Below, in pieces: positions 30,599-41,947 of a stretch of DNA of 64,000 nucleotides. Each line of letters begins with the position of its first letter. Within the stretch, counting starts at the first letter, position 1. Source of the stretch: Halodesulfurarchaeum sp. (GTDB lineage: Archaea > Halobacteriota > Halobacteria > Halobacteriales > Halobacteriaceae); contig JAXHNL010000002.1 of the NCBI GenBank assembly GCA_034520565.1, positions 1,184,001-1,248,000 of the forward strand, given 5' to 3'. Below the pieces are notes generated by a model. The model did not search any database. It worked only from the letters and a program-made list of their open reading frames with translations, and had not been told where the DNA came from. Both the position numbers and the translations under genes were made by a program.

Positions 30599-31945
30599 TT
30601 ACTCCTCGTCGATCTCCTCTTCTTCCTCGTCTTGGCCCGCCTCGTTCACCGTGCGCTTCACGTCGACCTGGTAGTGCTGAAGGATGTCCCGACCGAGGAT
30701 CATCGGGTAGTCCATGTGGGCTCGATCCTCAAGACTCGCTGGAACCGTGTGACGATCGCCGCCGATGCCGACCACGATGTCGACTACCGGTCGGGATTTT
30801 CCAGCTTTCGTGCTGCCCGACCTGACCTTCGTCATGCTCTTGATCGGCCCCGCGCCGATATCTGCAGCGAGTCGGGTGTCGATGCTGGTGCGTGAAGCGC
30901 CGGTGTCGGACTTCGCGACGATCCGCTCGGTTCCGGACGTCCCGCTCACGAGCACCTCCTCGGTGTAGCCGATGGTGCTCCGATCCCGGTCGGGTATCGG
31001 CTCGGTTCTCGTCACTCGTTCCGGCATCGAGTCGTCGAGTACCCCGGAGAGCTGTTCGAGTTTCGATTCGTCGACGGAGGCGCCCGCCGTCTCGATGGCG
31101 AGTTTGGCGATCGCCGCGGCGGGGTTGATTCCGGTCGCATCGAAGAAGCCCCGAAATCCAGCGGTGGGATTGACCTCCAGGAGGTACCACCCATCGACCC
31201 CCTCGACGAGATCGACCCCGGCGTAATCGAGACCAGTCAACTCGGTCGCCTCGATGGCCATCTCCACTGCTTCCGCCGGCGGGTTCTCCACGACCTCGAA
31301 CTCCCCGCCCAGGGCCACGTTCGTCCGCCAGTCGTTGTCTGGCGCGTATCGGCGCATGGTCCCGATGATTTCGCCGTCGACGACGTAGATCCGCAGGTCG
31401 GAGTGGCGCTGGTGTTCGTTCTGCTCGATGAGTTCCTGGAGGAAGGCGTAGCGATCGCCGACCCGCGGATTGACCGACTCGTTTCGGCCGATCTTCCAGG
31501 TCCCGCCTCCGTGTGTGCCGATCGCGGTTTTGTACACCACCTCGTCGCCAAATTTCGTCCGAAGATCGTTCAACCGGTCGACGTCGAGGGCGAGCACCGA
31601 GTCGGGAATGCGGACCTTCGACTCGGCCATCGAAGTGGCAGTGGCGAACTTGTGAAACGCGGTGAGGACGTTCTCGGGCCTGTTGAGCATCGGTCGGAGT
31701 CGCGACAGGCTCTTGCCGAGGCCCAGCAACTCCGCTGGCTGTTCGGTACTCGAGAGCAGAAGTCGGTTGACGATGATATCCACGTCCGGTTCGATCCTGA
31801 CCGATCCGTCTTCGATTTCGACGACCAGGTTGTCACCTCGCAGCCAATGCCCTTCGTGTCCCAGGTCGTTGATGATGTTGAGAATTGCCTTGGATTCCTT
31901 GCTGTTGTGCAAACTGAGGACGCCGACGGAGACCGTCTCGCTCAT
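30599..31945 (-). CDS. RimK-family ATP-grasp ligase fused to C-terminal retropepsin-like (RimB-like) protease
   Basis: DLRIYVV, WRTNVALGG, GVDL, LEVN; C-terminal AKSDTGA..SID and ILGRD. Confidence 0.9.
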   Translation of the reverse strand: MSETVSVGVLSLHNSKESKAILNIINDLGHEGHWLRGDNLVVEIEDGSVRIEPDVDIIVNRLLLSSTEQPAELLGLGKSLSRLRPMLNRPENVLTAFHKFATATSMAESKVRIPDSVLALDVDRLNDLRTKFGDEVVYKTAIGTHGGGTWKIGRNESVNPRVGDRYAFLQELIEQNEHQRHSDLRIYVVDGEIIGTMRRYAPDNDWRTNVALGGEFEVVENPPAEAVEMAIEATELTGLDYAGVDLVEGVDGWYLLEVNPTAGFRGFFDATGINPAAAIAKLAIETAGASVDESKLEQLSGVLDDSMPERVTRTEPIPDRDRSTIGYTEEVLVSGTSGTERIVAKSDTGASRTSIDTRLAADIGAGPIKSMTKVRSGSTKAGKSRPVVDIVVGIGGDRHTVPASLEDRAHMDYPMILGRDILQHYQVDVKRTVNEAGQDEEEEEIDEE

Positions 31946-32048
31946 ACCGGAACCAGGGGTGCAAAGGGGATAAACGGCCCCCTCCCGCGGTCCGATTTGG
32001 GACCGCTACGGGACAACGACTTAAGCCCGGCGAGACGATAGGGAATGC

Positions 32049-33086
32049 ATGACAGCCGGTCCGTTTACGTACAGCGGGGGGAAAGTCGATCCCGGCGAAT
32101 CGGTCACCCTCCGATACCGGATCAGCGAAACCTACCTCGGCGACCCGATCCGGATCCCGGTTTCGATCGTCAACGGCAGCGAGCCCGGGCCGACCGTCTT
32201 CATGACGGCGGCGACCCACGGGGACGAACTCAACGGGATCGAAGTGGTTCGGGAAGTCGCTCTCGACTGGGACCATTCGAACCTTCACGGGACGCTTATC
32301 CTCCTGCCGGTCCTCAACGTGCCGGCATTTCTGGCCCAGCAGCGGTATTTGCCGATCTACGATCGAGACCTCAACCGCTCGTTTCCGGGCGACAGCGAGG
32401 GAACGAGCGCGAAACGGATGGCGGAGACGATCTTCACGAACTTCATCGCGCCGGCCGATCTCGGCCTGGACTTTCACACCTCGACCCGTGGCCGGACGAA
32501 CATGCTCCACGTTCGGGGCGACATGGCCGACGAGGAGGTGGCCAGGCTCGCGTACGCCTTTGGGTCACACGTCGTCATCGATTCTGCAGGGTCCGAGGGG
32601 ACGCTCCGCCGCGAAGCGACCGAAATCGGCGCACCCACCATCACGATCGAGATGGGCGAAGCACACCGGTTCCAGCGGGGGCTCATCGACAGGGCCCTCG
32701 ATGGCGTCGCGAGCGTCTTTGCGGAGTACGAGATCCATCCGAACGAGCCCGTCCAGTGGCCGGGGTGGCGGACTGTCATCGACACGGACGCAAAGACCTG
32801 GATCCGAGCCGAGAGCGGGGGGCTGGTCGAGATGCACGCCGACCAAGGCGACATCGTCGGCGAAAGCGAACCGATCGCGACGATCTCGAACCCGTTCAAG
32901 ACCGAACGGACGGTCGTCGAATCGCCCTGGACTGGCCTGCTCGTCGGGGTGCTCGAGAATCCGGTCGTGTACCCGGGTAACCCACTCTGTCATCTCGTCG
33001 AACTCGAAGAGAAAACGCTCGCCGTGGCCAGAGACGACGAGGTCGACCGGAATCCGACACGACCAGATCCAACGAGTTCCAGGTAA
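32049..33086 (+). CDS. Succinylglutamate desuccinylase/aspartoacylase family (M14-like) peptidase
   Basis: HGDELNG, DLNRSFPG, LDFHT, TIEMG. Confidence 0.92.
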   Translation: MTAGPFTYSGGKVDPGESVTLRYRISETYLGDPIRIPVSIVNGSEPGPTVFMTAATHGDELNGIEVVREVALDWDHSNLHGTLILLPVLNVPAFLAQQRYLPIYDRDLNRSFPGDSEGTSAKRMAETIFTNFIAPADLGLDFHTSTRGRTNMLHVRGDMADEEVARLAYAFGSHVVIDSAGSEGTLRREATEIGAPTITIEMGEAHRFQRGLIDRALDGVASVFAEYEIHPNEPVQWPGWRTVIDTDAKTWIRAESGGLVEMHADQGDIVGESEPIATISNPFKTERTVVESPWTGLLVGVLENPVVYPGNPLCHLVELEEKTLAVARDDEVDRNPTRPDPTSSR

Positions 33087-33143
33087 TGGCCGTACTCTGG
33101 GAGTTGTAGTAAGTTCTATGTGCGCTGGCCCGCCATACGGCGT

Positions 33144-33577
33144 ATGACCGAACCAACCAGCCGGGGTCTGGTCGAAGACTTCGGGCGGTGGCGAACGTTT
33201 TCGGCCGGGATGTGGGCCTGGGTCCTCCACAAGGTGACCGGTTGGGTGCTGGCCGGCTATCTCTTTGCCCATATCGCGGTCCTCAGCACGGCCATTCCGG
33301 CCTCGACGAATCCGGAAGCGGTCGCTGCGGGGGTCGATCTCGTACACGCGAACCATCCAGGGCCTCGAGAGCATCTTCCTCGTCCGGGTCCTCGAGGTCG
33401 GGCTGCTCGCGGCGGCGGTCTTTCACATGGCAAACGGGATCCGACTGCTTCCTGATCGACCTCGGAATCGGCCTGGAACGCCAGGCCGAGGGATTTTACG
33501 CATCGGTTATCGTGACCGCGATCGTTACGGTGTTGAGCATTTCCGTCTTTCTCCCGCCGGAGGTGTTCCCGTGGTGA
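33144..33577 (+). CDS. sdhC: Succinate dehydrogenase cytochrome b556 subunit (frameshifted in this sequence)
   Basis: WVLHKVTG in frame 33120, FHMANGIR in frame 33265, DLGIG..end in frame 33188. Confidence 0.85.
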
Positions 33578-33945
33578 CCACCGCGAAGCGCAGCCGGTTC
33601 GAGTCGGGCTCGATCGCCTGGTTCTTGCAGCGGTTGACGGCGGTCGTCCTCCTCTTCACGCTTGCCTTCCACTTCATCTGGCTGCACTACGTGAACCACG
33701 CCGCAGACGTGACCCTGTGGGGCTCGGCACTCCGGATGAATCAGCTCGTCTACTTCCTCGTGATGGTCGTTTTCCTGGTGACGGCCACCTTCCACGCCAT
33801 CAACGGCATCTATAACGCATTGCTCAACCGCGGGCTTTCGGGACGGGCTCGACAGATCGCCTTCTGGCTGTTTGCGATCTTCGGTCTCGTGGTGATCGTC
33901 CAGGGGATGCGCATCTCGTTCGCGCTGGCGGGGGTGGTCGCCTGA
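33574..33945 (+). CDS. sdhD: Succinate dehydrogenase membrane anchor
   Basis: [15 protein letters not shown]. Confidence 0.88.
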   Translation: MTTAKRSRFESGSIAWFLQRLTAVVLLFTLAFHFIWLHYVNHAADVTLWGSALRMNQLVYFLVMVVFLVTATFHAINGIYNALLNRGLSGRARQIAFWLFAIFGLVVIVQGMRISFALAGVVA

Positions 33946-34769
33946 TGAGCGACTCCAGTGACGACCGCCGACACCCCCCTGACACGACGGGTCTCCGATC
34001 GAACGATCGCGGGGACGGCTCCAGTGGTGCAGCTACCGGGGCGGAGACTGTCACCCTGAAGATCTACAGGTACGACCCGGACGTCGAGGCGAAACAGGAA
34101 GCGAGTTTCGAGACGTTCGAGGTGCCGATTCACGAGGGAATGACCATCCTCGACGCGCTCATCGAGGCCCGGGACGAACACGACCCGTCGCTTACCTTCC
34201 GACACTCCTGTCGACAGGGGGTCTGTGGTTCCGACGCCCTGTTCGTCAACGGCAAACAGCGGCTCGGCTGCAAAACGCAATTGACGGATCTCAAACAGCC
34301 GATCCGGATCGAACCGCTCCCCCACCAACCGGTCGTCAAGGATCTGGTCGTCGACATGGACGCGTTCTACGAGCGGATGCACGCCGTCGAACCCTACTTC
34401 GACCCGGACGACCCGCCACCCGGGGACCTCGAGGAGCGGAAACAGAGCCCGAAGAACCGCGAGGAGATCAAGTTGAGCACCCGATGTATCTGGTGTGGGG
34501 CCTGCACCTCCTCGTGCACCATCGCGAGTGACGAGGAGGTGTACCTCGGACCGGCGGCGATCAACAAGGGCTATCGGTTCTACGCCGACGAGCGTGAAGG
34601 GGAAACTCGGAAGGCAGAACGGCTGGAAATCTTGAAGGAACACGACGGCGTCTGGCGATGTCAGACCCAGTTCTCCTGCACGACGGTCTGTCCCCAGGAG
34701 ATCCCGATCACCGAACACATTCAACAGCTCAAACGCGACGCGACCAAGGCGGACCTGAAATTCTGGTAA
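33945..34769 (+). CDS. sdhB: Succinate dehydrogenase Fe-S subunit
   Basis: FRHSCRQGVCGSD, CIWCGACTSSC, C..QFSCTTVCP. Confidence 0.95.
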   Translation: MSDSSDDRRHPPDTTGLRSNDRGDGSSGAATGAETVTLKIYRYDPDVEAKQEASFETFEVPIHEGMTILDALIEARDEHDPSLTFRHSCRQGVCGSDALFVNGKQRLGCKTQLTDLKQPIRIEPLPHQPVVKDLVVDMDAFYERMHAVEPYFDPDDPPPGDLEERKQSPKNREEIKLSTRCIWCGACTSSCTIASDEEVYLGPAAINKGYRFYADEREGETRKAERLEILKEHDGVWRCQTQFSCTTVCPQEIPITEHIQQLKRDATKADLKFW

Positions 34770-34771
34770 CC

Positions 34772-36604
34772 ATGTACGAACACGACGTACTCGTCATCGG
34801 TGGGGGCGGCGCGGGACTTAGAGCGGCGATCGCAGCCCACGAGGCCGGCGCGGACGTGGCAATCGTCTCGAAACTGCACCCGGTGCGGAGTCACACCGGT
34901 GCAGCCGAAGGGGGCGTCAACGCGGCCTTGCACGAGGACGACTCCTGGGCGGACCACGCCTACGACACCATGAAGGGGTCGGACTTCCTGGCAGACGCTC
35001 CGGCCGTCGACGCCTTCGCCCGGGAGATCAGGCAGGAAGTCATCCAGCTCGAACACTGGGGGATGCCCTTTTCCCGGAACGAGGATGGAACGGTTTCACA
35101 GCGGCCATTTGGTGGCCTGTCTTTCCCGCGAACCGCCTTCGCGGGCGCCGAGACTGGCCATCACATGTTGCACTCGATGTACGAACAGGTCGTCAAGCGG
35201 GGCATCGAGGTGTACGACGAATGGTACGTGACCCGGCTCGCGGTTACCGGACACGAAGCGGTGGCCGACCGGCGGTGTCACGGGTTCGTGGCATTCGACG
35301 TTGCGACAGGGGAGGTGACCGGATTCCGGGCCCGTGACGGGGTGGTTCTGGCCACCGGGGGCGCCGGGCAAGTGTTCGAACATACGACCAACGCGGTCGC
35401 GAACACCGGTGACGGCGTGGCGATGGCTTACCGTGCTGGCGTGCCGATCGAGGACATGGAGATGGTCCAGTTTCACCCGACGACGCTTCCGTCCACGGGC
35501 GTCCTCATCACGGAAGGGGTTCGCGGTGAGGGTGGACGACTGTTCAATGCGGCCGGAGAGCGATTCATGTTCGAGCGCGGCTACGCCGTCGAGGAGGGCG
35601 AACTCGCCTCCCGCGACGTGGTCTCTCGGGCAGAACTTACCGAGATCGCCGAGGGCCGCGGGGTTGACGACGACCACGTCCTTCTCGACATGCGCCATCT
35701 CGGGGAGGAGCGGATCATGGACCGCCTCGAGAACATCGTTCACCTCGCTCGGGACTTCGAGGGCGTCGACCCGCTGGAGAAGCCGATGCCGGTGAAACCT
35801 GGTGCTCACTATACGATGGGTGGCATCGAGACCAACGAATGGGGTGAGACGACCATCGACGGGCTCTATGCTGCCGGCGAGTGTGCCTGTGTGAGCATGC
35901 ACGGGGCCAACCGCCTGGGCGGGAATTCGCTGGCCGAAACTCTGGTCTTCGGTGCCCGTGCCGGTCGGGCCGCGTCGGGTGACGACATCGACAATCCGGA
36001 GATACCGGTTGGGCCGGATCCGTCGGCGGAGCGCGAAGATCGCGAGTGGCCCGTCGAACCGGGCGAACGTGGCACAGGCAGGGAGAACGATGTGGCAACC
36101 GATGGCCCCCTCGACGATCCCGTGGCGGTCATCGAGTCGACCGTGGAGGTCGAGAGGGGGCGCATCGATTCGTGGCTGGCAACCGAGGAGGGCGAGGGTC
36201 AGGCCGGGATCCGGTCTCGAGTCCAGCAGGCGATGGGCGAGCACGTCAACGTCTTTCGCGAACGATCGGGCATCGAAACCGCTTTGCAAGCGATCGAAGC
36301 GGCCAGGGAGGCGTTCCGGAACCTCCATGTCACGGACACCTCCCGGACGTTCAACACGGAACTCCAGCACGCCTTCGAAACGCGGAACGTGATCGACCTG
36401 GCCGAAGCTGTCGCGATGGGGGCCCTGGCCCGCGAGGAATCCAGGGGAGCCCACTGGCGCAAGGCCCATCAGGAACGCCGGGACGAGGAGTGGCGCAAGC
36501 ACACGATGCTTTCCTGGAACGACGGCGACCCGGAGCTGTGGTATCGACCGAACATCCTCGAAAGCGAAGTCCAGGATTACGATCCGACCGAACGCACCTA
36601 CTGA
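34772..36604 (+). CDS. sdhA: Succinate dehydrogenase flavoprotein
   Basis: GGGGAG, RSHTGAAEGG, QFHPT, HYTMGG, HGANRLGGNSL, REESRGAH. Confidence 0.96.
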   Translation: MYEHDVLVIGGGGAGLRAAIAAHEAGADVAIVSKLHPVRSHTGAAEGGVNAALHEDDSWADHAYDTMKGSDFLADAPAVDAFAREIRQEVIQLEHWGMPFSRNEDGTVSQRPFGGLSFPRTAFAGAETGHHMLHSMYEQVVKRGIEVYDEWYVTRLAVTGHEAVADRRCHGFVAFDVATGEVTGFRARDGVVLATGGAGQVFEHTTNAVANTGDGVAMAYRAGVPIEDMEMVQFHPTTLPSTGVLITEGVRGEGGRLFNAAGERFMFERGYAVEEGELASRDVVSRAELTEIAEGRGVDDDHVLLDMRHLGEERIMDRLENIVHLARDFEGVDPLEKPMPVKPGAHYTMGGIETNEWGETTIDGLYAAGECACVSMHGANRLGGNSLAETLVFGARAGRAASGDDIDNPEIPVGPDPSAEREDREWPVEPGERGTGRENDVATDGPLDDPVAVIESTVEVERGRIDSWLATEEGEGQAGIRSRVQQAMGEHVNVFRERSGIETALQAIEAAREAFRNLHVTDTSRTFNTELQHAFETRNVIDLAEAVAMGALAREESRGAHWRKAHQERRDEEWRKHTMLSWNDGDPELWYRPNILESEVQDYDPTERTY

Positions 36605-36634
36605 CCGCGGGCGACGAACACGCCTCCCGCAGCC

Positions 36635-36832
36635 CTATCGCAAGCCGAAAACCGAAAGGAGGTCCACGGTGAAATCGCTTCCCTCCACGATCACGTATCC
36701 GAGATAGATCCCCGCGATCCCCAGGACGCCGGCCATGTTTGGGGGAGCGGGAATCGGCGCTTCCACGGCAGCGAAGATGCTTCCAGTGAACAAGCCGGTG
36801 AGCAGCGCGAATACCGGGATGGCGAGGTTCAT
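36635..36832 (-). CDS. XapX/DUF1427 small membrane protein
   Basis: PIPAPP..GVLGI.GIYLGY. Confidence 0.85.
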   Translation of the reverse strand: MNLAIPVFALLTGLFTGSIFAAVEAPIPAPPNMAGVLGIAGIYLGYVIVEGSDFTVDLLSVFGLR

Positions 36833-36903
36833 GTCACGAACCTGGCCGGCCCGGAAAAAAAGCCGTTCGGCTTCGGTCTCGGCGCGGTTTCGCCTCGGCG
36901 ATT

Positions 36904-38186
36904 TTACTCTCCGCGGACTGCCTGCATGTGCTTGATCCGTGCGTTCACCAACTCCGCCGTCCCGATATCGTGGCGGACGTGGAACCCCTCCCCCACGTCC
37001 GAGAGGGCCGCTTCGGCCCGCGATTCGGCGGCTTCGATCGACTCGCCGAGCCCGAGCACGGCGAACGAGCGGGAGGTCGTCGTGTACAGTCCGTCCGCTC
37101 GTTCGTCGACCGATGCGTAGAACAGCTCGGTATCCGGGGCCGCGTCGACGTCGACGGAGACTTTGGCACCCGCTTCCGGATTCACCGGGTACCCGGTCGG
37201 CACGGCGTACTTGCACACCGTCGCCTGCCCCGAAAACTCGAGGTCGGGAAGCGACTCGCCCTCGCGTGCGGCGATCAGGACGTCGCGGAAGTCGGTTTCG
37301 AGAACCGGGAGGGTGTTCATGGCCTCCGGGTCGCCGAACCGGACGTTGTACTCCACGACCTTCGGCCCGTCCGCAGTGAGCATGAACTGACCGTACAAAA
37401 TCCCACGGTAGTCCCCGAGGGCCGCGACGGTCTCCTCGAGGACGTCTACTGCCGCCTCGTACTCGGTTTCGGTCATAAATGGCAGTACGGGCCCCGTGTC
37501 GCTGTACGACCCCATCCCGCCGGTGTTGGGGCCCTCGTCGCCCTCGTAGGCCCGCTTGTGGTCCTGGACGGCGAGGGTGGGACGAACCTCGCCATTCGCG
37601 ACGAACGCTTGCACGGTAAACTCCTCGCCGAGCAACCGTTCCTCGATGACCCACTCCTCGTAGTCGCTCTCTCGGAGATACTCGACGGCCTCGCCTTTCG
37701 AGAGCTGGTCGCCGGTCACTCTGACGCCTTTTCCACCGGTAAGCCCCCGCGGTTTGACGGCGACGTCTCCGTCGACGGATTCGAGATACTCGATTGCGGG
37801 TTCGACCGTCTCGAAGGTCGCAAAGTCCGGCCGTGCGTCGATGTCGTGCTCGGCCATGAACTCCCGCTGGTAAGCTTTGTCCGTCTCGAGCCGGGCCTGT
37901 TCGGCTTTCGGGCCGAAGGCGAAGATGCCCGCCGCCTCGAGGGCGTTGACGACGCCGGCAGCGAGCGCGGCCTCGGGACCGATGACGGCGAGCGTGGCGT
38001 CGACCTCGGTCGCGAAATCGACGATCGCGTCGGTATCGGTTTCCGTCCCGGTTCGAAACTCGGTGGCGATCTCCGCGATCCCGGATTTCGGTTGCTGCTG
38101 AACGCGTACAGTTCGACGTCGGCAAGCGCCCGGGCGATCGCGTGTTCCCGGCCACCACCCCCCACGAGTACCACTCGCTCTTGCAT
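36904..38186 (-). CDS. purD: Phosphoribosylamine-glycine ligase (one frameshift near 38090)
   Basis: GGGGREHAI in ORF 37716-38186; IGPEA, GGKGV, QDHKR, GPNTGGMG, EYNVRFGDPE in ORF ending 36904. Confidence 0.93.
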
Positions 38187-38285
38187 GTTCGGGAGTGGAA
38201 CCCACGCTCGTGTAAGTTTTACCGTGTGTCGAAACCCGAATATGCACGTTCGTGGGGATGTATTCCGGCCGATGTCCGCTGTCGT

Positions 38286-38741
38286 CTACCCGGCACCGAA
38301 TTCGGACTGTGTCACCCGGACGACGACGGTGTTCGAGACGTCCGCGAGGTCGTACTCGGGAATCGAGCCCTTTCGACGGGTCACGTACATCGGTTCGAGC
38401 AAGGTTCCGTCGTCCTCGCCGTAGACTTTGAGGTACTCCCCCGTCTCCTCGGGTTCCACGTTCCCGTTCCGGACGGCCGTCGCGAGGTCCCGGGAGAGCC
38501 ATTCGGTCGGACTGATCGATGGGTCCCTGAGGAAGACCTCCTCGGTGGTGCGGGCGAGATACCATGAGAGGTCGTTGAGAAAGGAGATGGCCGCCCCGAG
38601 GCTCACCGTTTCGATCGCGATGGTGTTCTCGAAGGGTTCACGCCGGTCGTACGGTGCCAGGGCGGATCTGGCGGTTTCGTAGGCCAGGAGTGCCTCCCGG
38701 ACGTCGCGGTCGGGTTTGCCCCGGAGACAGACCGCTGTCAT
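38286..38741 (-). CDS. Conserved archaeal hypothetical protein (DUF5804-like)
   Basis: LLAYETAR, TVSLGAA..LNDL.WY; overlaps the thiI stop. Confidence 0.75.
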   Translation of the reverse strand: MTAVCLRGKPDRDVREALLAYETARSALAPYDRREPFENTIAIETVSLGAAISFLNDLSWYLARTTEEVFLRDPSISPTEWLSRDLATAVRNGNVEPEETGEYLKVYGEDDGTLLEPMYVTRRKGSIPEYDLADVSNTVVVRVTQSEFGAG

Positions 38742-39934
38742 TGGCCCTTCGAGTCCAGTATCGGCCCGACGGGTATTAATTCCACCTCGGCTGCGGCCTC
38801 GATTGCCCAGTCTTCGAGGGAATCCGGCTCCGCAGCTTCGACACGCTCGAGGGGCGCAGCGGTTTCCGGGTTGTCGGGGGCGATCCGATTGCAGCCCGCA
38901 TCGATGGTTGCAGTGTCGTAGGTCCCGATTTCCCTGGCACGAGCGATGATCTCCTGTTTGTCGAAGGAGAGGAGGGGCCGATGGACCGGTAACGCTGTCA
39001 CCCGGTCGGTCACGGCGAGGTTCGTCGCCGTCTGGCTCGACTTCTGCCCCATCGATTCGCCGGTGACGATTCCCTGGGCCCCGGCGTTTTCGGCGACACT
39101 TTCGGCGACCTGGAGCATGAGTCGCCGGACCGAGAGCATCCGAGTCCCCTCGACTCGCGAATCGAGCGCCTCGAGCGCCGACCCGATCGAGGCCACCCGA
39201 ACCGTCCACTCTTGATCGGGCGCGTATGCCGCGAGCTGTCGGACCGTCTCGATCGCCCGGGAGCGATGGTCGGCTCCACCGTACTCGCCCAGATCGAGGT
39301 AGAGCGGGACGATCGGTGCACCCCGTTTCATCGCGAGCCAGGCGGCGACGGGCGAGTCGATGCCGCCACTGATCAGGGCGAGAAGGGGCTCTTGCGTTCC
39401 TACCGGCAGGCCCCCGGGCCCCTCGAGCCGTTCGCGGGACACGAAGGCCTCCTTTTCACGGACTTCGACCTCGAAGCGGTGATCCGGGTCGTCCAGATCT
39501 ACTTCCGGCTCGAATTCGTCCTCGACTGCCGTCCAGATCGCCGCTCCCCCCTCCCTTCCGACGTCTTGACTGGTGAATTCGTGGTCGCCGGCGCGTCTCG
39601 CGTCGACGGCGAAACTGCCGCCGTCGTAGGTCTGTCGGGCCACGGCTGCCAGCCCCTCCGAGATGGACTCCATGGACGGGTCGACGGACCGTGTTGGACT
39701 CGCGGAGACGACACCGAACACGTCGGCGGCTGCCAGTGCTGCCTTCTCTGGGGCTCGCGTCCGGACGAACAGCCGACCTCGCTCCTGTTCGACGCGGCCG
39801 TCGATTTCCCGTGCCGAGAGCATCGCCTCGAGATTCGCCGCGAGGGTTCCCTCCATCCATGACTGGACCCGACTGGATTTGACCCCGATGTCCCCGTGGC
39901 GAACCACGACGACGTCCGCTCCCGGCACGTTCAT
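38738..39934 (-). CDS. thiI: tRNA sulfurtransferase ThiI (THUMP + PP-loop)
   Basis: GPGGLPVG, ISGGIDSPVA, TGESMGQKSSQT, HRPL. Confidence 0.92.
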   Translation of the reverse strand: MNVPGADVVVVRHGDIGVKSSRVQSWMEGTLAANLEAMLSAREIDGRVEQERGRLFVRTRAPEKAALAAADVFGVVSASPTRSVDPSMESISEGLAAVARQTYDGGSFAVDARRAGDHEFTSQDVGREGGAAIWTAVEDEFEPEVDLDDPDHRFEVEVREKEAFVSRERLEGPGGLPVGTQEPLLALISGGIDSPVAAWLAMKRGAPIVPLYLDLGEYGGADHRSRAIETVRQLAAYAPDQEWTVRVASIGSALEALDSRVEGTRMLSVRRLMLQVAESVAENAGAQGIVTGESMGQKSSQTATNLAVTDRVTALPVHRPLLSFDKQEIIARAREIGTYDTATIDAGCNRIAPDNPETAAPLERVEAAEPDSLEDWAIEAAAEVELIPVGPILDSKGQ

Positions 39935-39996
39935 ACGGAAAGAAGGATTCGGTCGCCTAAGCGCTCTTCGGGACACGACCGGAGTCCGAGTCGCCC

Positions 39997-41202
39997 TCAG
40001 AAGGTGGTGAGTTCGCCCCGGATGACCGCCTGGGTCAGGTCCTCGACGCTTGCCAGTTGCTCGTCGACGATGGCACGGATTTCGGGCTCGACGTCGCTCA
40101 GGTCGACGTCCGATTCGGTCACGACGTGCAGGTCGGCCACGTGGGGATCGTCGATCGGGCTCCCGATCTGACTCAGCAATCGGACTCTGAGATCCCGGAT
40201 CCCCGACACTTCACTGACGACCTCGGCGGCGATCTCGGTCGAGAGGAGGTTGTAGATCTTCCCGATGTGGTTGACGGGGTTCTTGCCGCTCGTTGCCTCC
40301 ATCGACATCGAGCGGTTGGGCGTGATCAGGCCGTTCGCCCGGTTCCCCCGACCGACTGACCCGTCGTCGCCCTGCTCGGCACTGGTCCCCGTCGTCGTGA
40401 GGTAGATCGCGCCCCGGCTCGGTTCGTCGGCCGTGTTGACGTGGACCCGGACGTCCCGGTTCGTGTAGTCCGTTGCCAGATCGCTCACGAAGGTTCGGAT
40501 CGCTTCGATTTCTGCCTCGTAGGTCTCCATATTCGGGACGTACTGGTCCACCATCGCTGCGGCCACCGTGAGATCGATCGTCGACCCCTCGCGTTTGCCC
40601 ATCACCTTGATGTCCTGGCCGAGTGCCGGGTGGTCCTCGTGGAACTCCTCGAGCAATCGACGCTCGGTGTTGTAGACCAGCTGCTCGGTCTCGGAGAGCG
40701 GGGCGTGCCCGACGCCGAAGCTCGTGTCGTTGGCCATCGGCACGGTGCTTCCGTTCTCGGCGAAGACTTCTTGAAGGTCCCCGGAGCCCTCGCCGAGGCG
40801 GACGTCGACGATCGCGTCGGATTCGAGATCGAGGTTGGGAATGTTCTCGTTTAGATAGTCGCGGGCGGCCCGGAGGGCGATGGAGTCGACCGGAATCGCC
40901 TGTCCCTGGTAGTACTTGGTCGCCCGGCCCACGATGAGAATGTAGATGGGTTCGACGACCTCCCCGCCGCCGAATGCCGGGGCGGCGTCGCCGGCGACCA
41001 GTTGGGTCTCGTCGGTATTGTAGTGGAGGACTTTCCCGAAGCGGTCGACGTATTCCTGGGCCAGGGCCCGCGAGACGGCCTCGGCGATCCCGTCACAGAT
41101 CGAGTCGGGATGGCCGATCCCCTTTCGCTCGACGATCTCGATCTCCTGGTCCTCGACCGCCCCCCGGTCGAGTGACTGGACGCGAATGTTCCGATCGGTC
41201 AT
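39997..41202 (-). CDS. mat: Archaeal methionine adenosyltransferase
   Basis: [43 protein letters not shown]. Confidence 0.96.
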   Translation of the reverse strand: MTDRNIRVQSLDRGAVEDQEIEIVERKGIGHPDSICDGIAEAVSRALAQEYVDRFGKVLHYNTDETQLVAGDAAPAFGGGEVVEPIYILIVGRATKYYQGQAIPVDSIALRAARDYLNENIPNLDLESDAIVDVRLGEGSGDLQEVFAENGSTVPMANDTSFGVGHAPLSETEQLVYNTERRLLEEFHEDHPALGQDIKVMGKREGSTIDLTVAAAMVDQYVPNMETYEAEIEAIRTFVSDLATDYTNRDVRVHVNTADEPSRGAIYLTTTGTSAEQGDDGSVGRGNRANGLITPNRSMSMEATSGKNPVNHIGKIYNLLSTEIAAEVVSEVSGIRDLRVRLLSQIGSPIDDPHVADLHVVTESDVDLSDVEPEIRAIVDEQLASVEDLTQAVIRGELTTF

Positions 41203-41284
41203 TGCCGAACGTACCCCACGGTCGCTTCTATAACTTGCGAAAAGTTATTCCCCCGGTCTCATGCCTGTCACGCATCACGACGGT

Positions 41285-41834
41285 TCACCGCTCGGTCGAC
41301 TGGGAAGCGAGCAGTTCGAGGTACGACGTCGAAATTTGGGTCTCGGGATCGAGGCCGAGCCCCTCCAGCACGTTCGCTACCGTTTTTTGGGCCTGTTCGA
41401 CGGTCTCATCGGTTGCCGTCGTCTCGACCTCGACGAACTCGCCGAGTCCCTCGACCCGGTCCAGCACGACCGTGACTCCGTCGAGATCGTATCGGGTTCG
41501 GGTTTTCTCGACGGTTGCGGCCGGTTCGAACCCGAGGACAGCGAGAACCCGTTCCAGCTCCGCCGGTGTGTCGACCGCGGTCTCGGTGTTCTCTGCGGGT
41601 CTTCGATTCCCGGTTCAGGCGGGGACCCTTGTACGTGAGGACCGCCGTCGTCCCCTCGTCGTCGGTTTCTTCTCGCAGCCGCAGGGCCTCGTCTCGGGCG
41701 GCGAAGTCCCGGTGTGGCGCGTCGAAATAGACGTCGCGCTGGTCAACGGTTCCGAGCGGGGTCGCTCCTGTGGCTTCGAGTTCCGGTTGGACCTCCTCGT
41801 GGGTTGCCCGGACCTTCAACTCGACTTCGTACAT
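41285..41834 (-). CDS. cyaB: CYTH/class IV adenylate cyclase-like protein (frameshifted near 41550-41600)
   Basis: EVELK, DVYF, LRLR, LTYKGP, then LDRVEGLGEFVEVE..SYLEL in another frame. Confidence 0.85.
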
Positions 41835-41947
41835 ACCACCTGGGTGTGGGCCTACAGGGAAAAGTGTCGGTTTCGCTCGCGGGTGAAAATCGGGGCCTCG
41901 TCCCGTGACCGATTCGGCTGCAAAGAAGCTGGCAGCCGACGAGACCC

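Noticed and set aside
33144-41834. sdhC, purD and cyaB as pseudogenes
   Set aside because: Each restores to a full-length protein by fixing one or two indels, which is consistent with assembly error.
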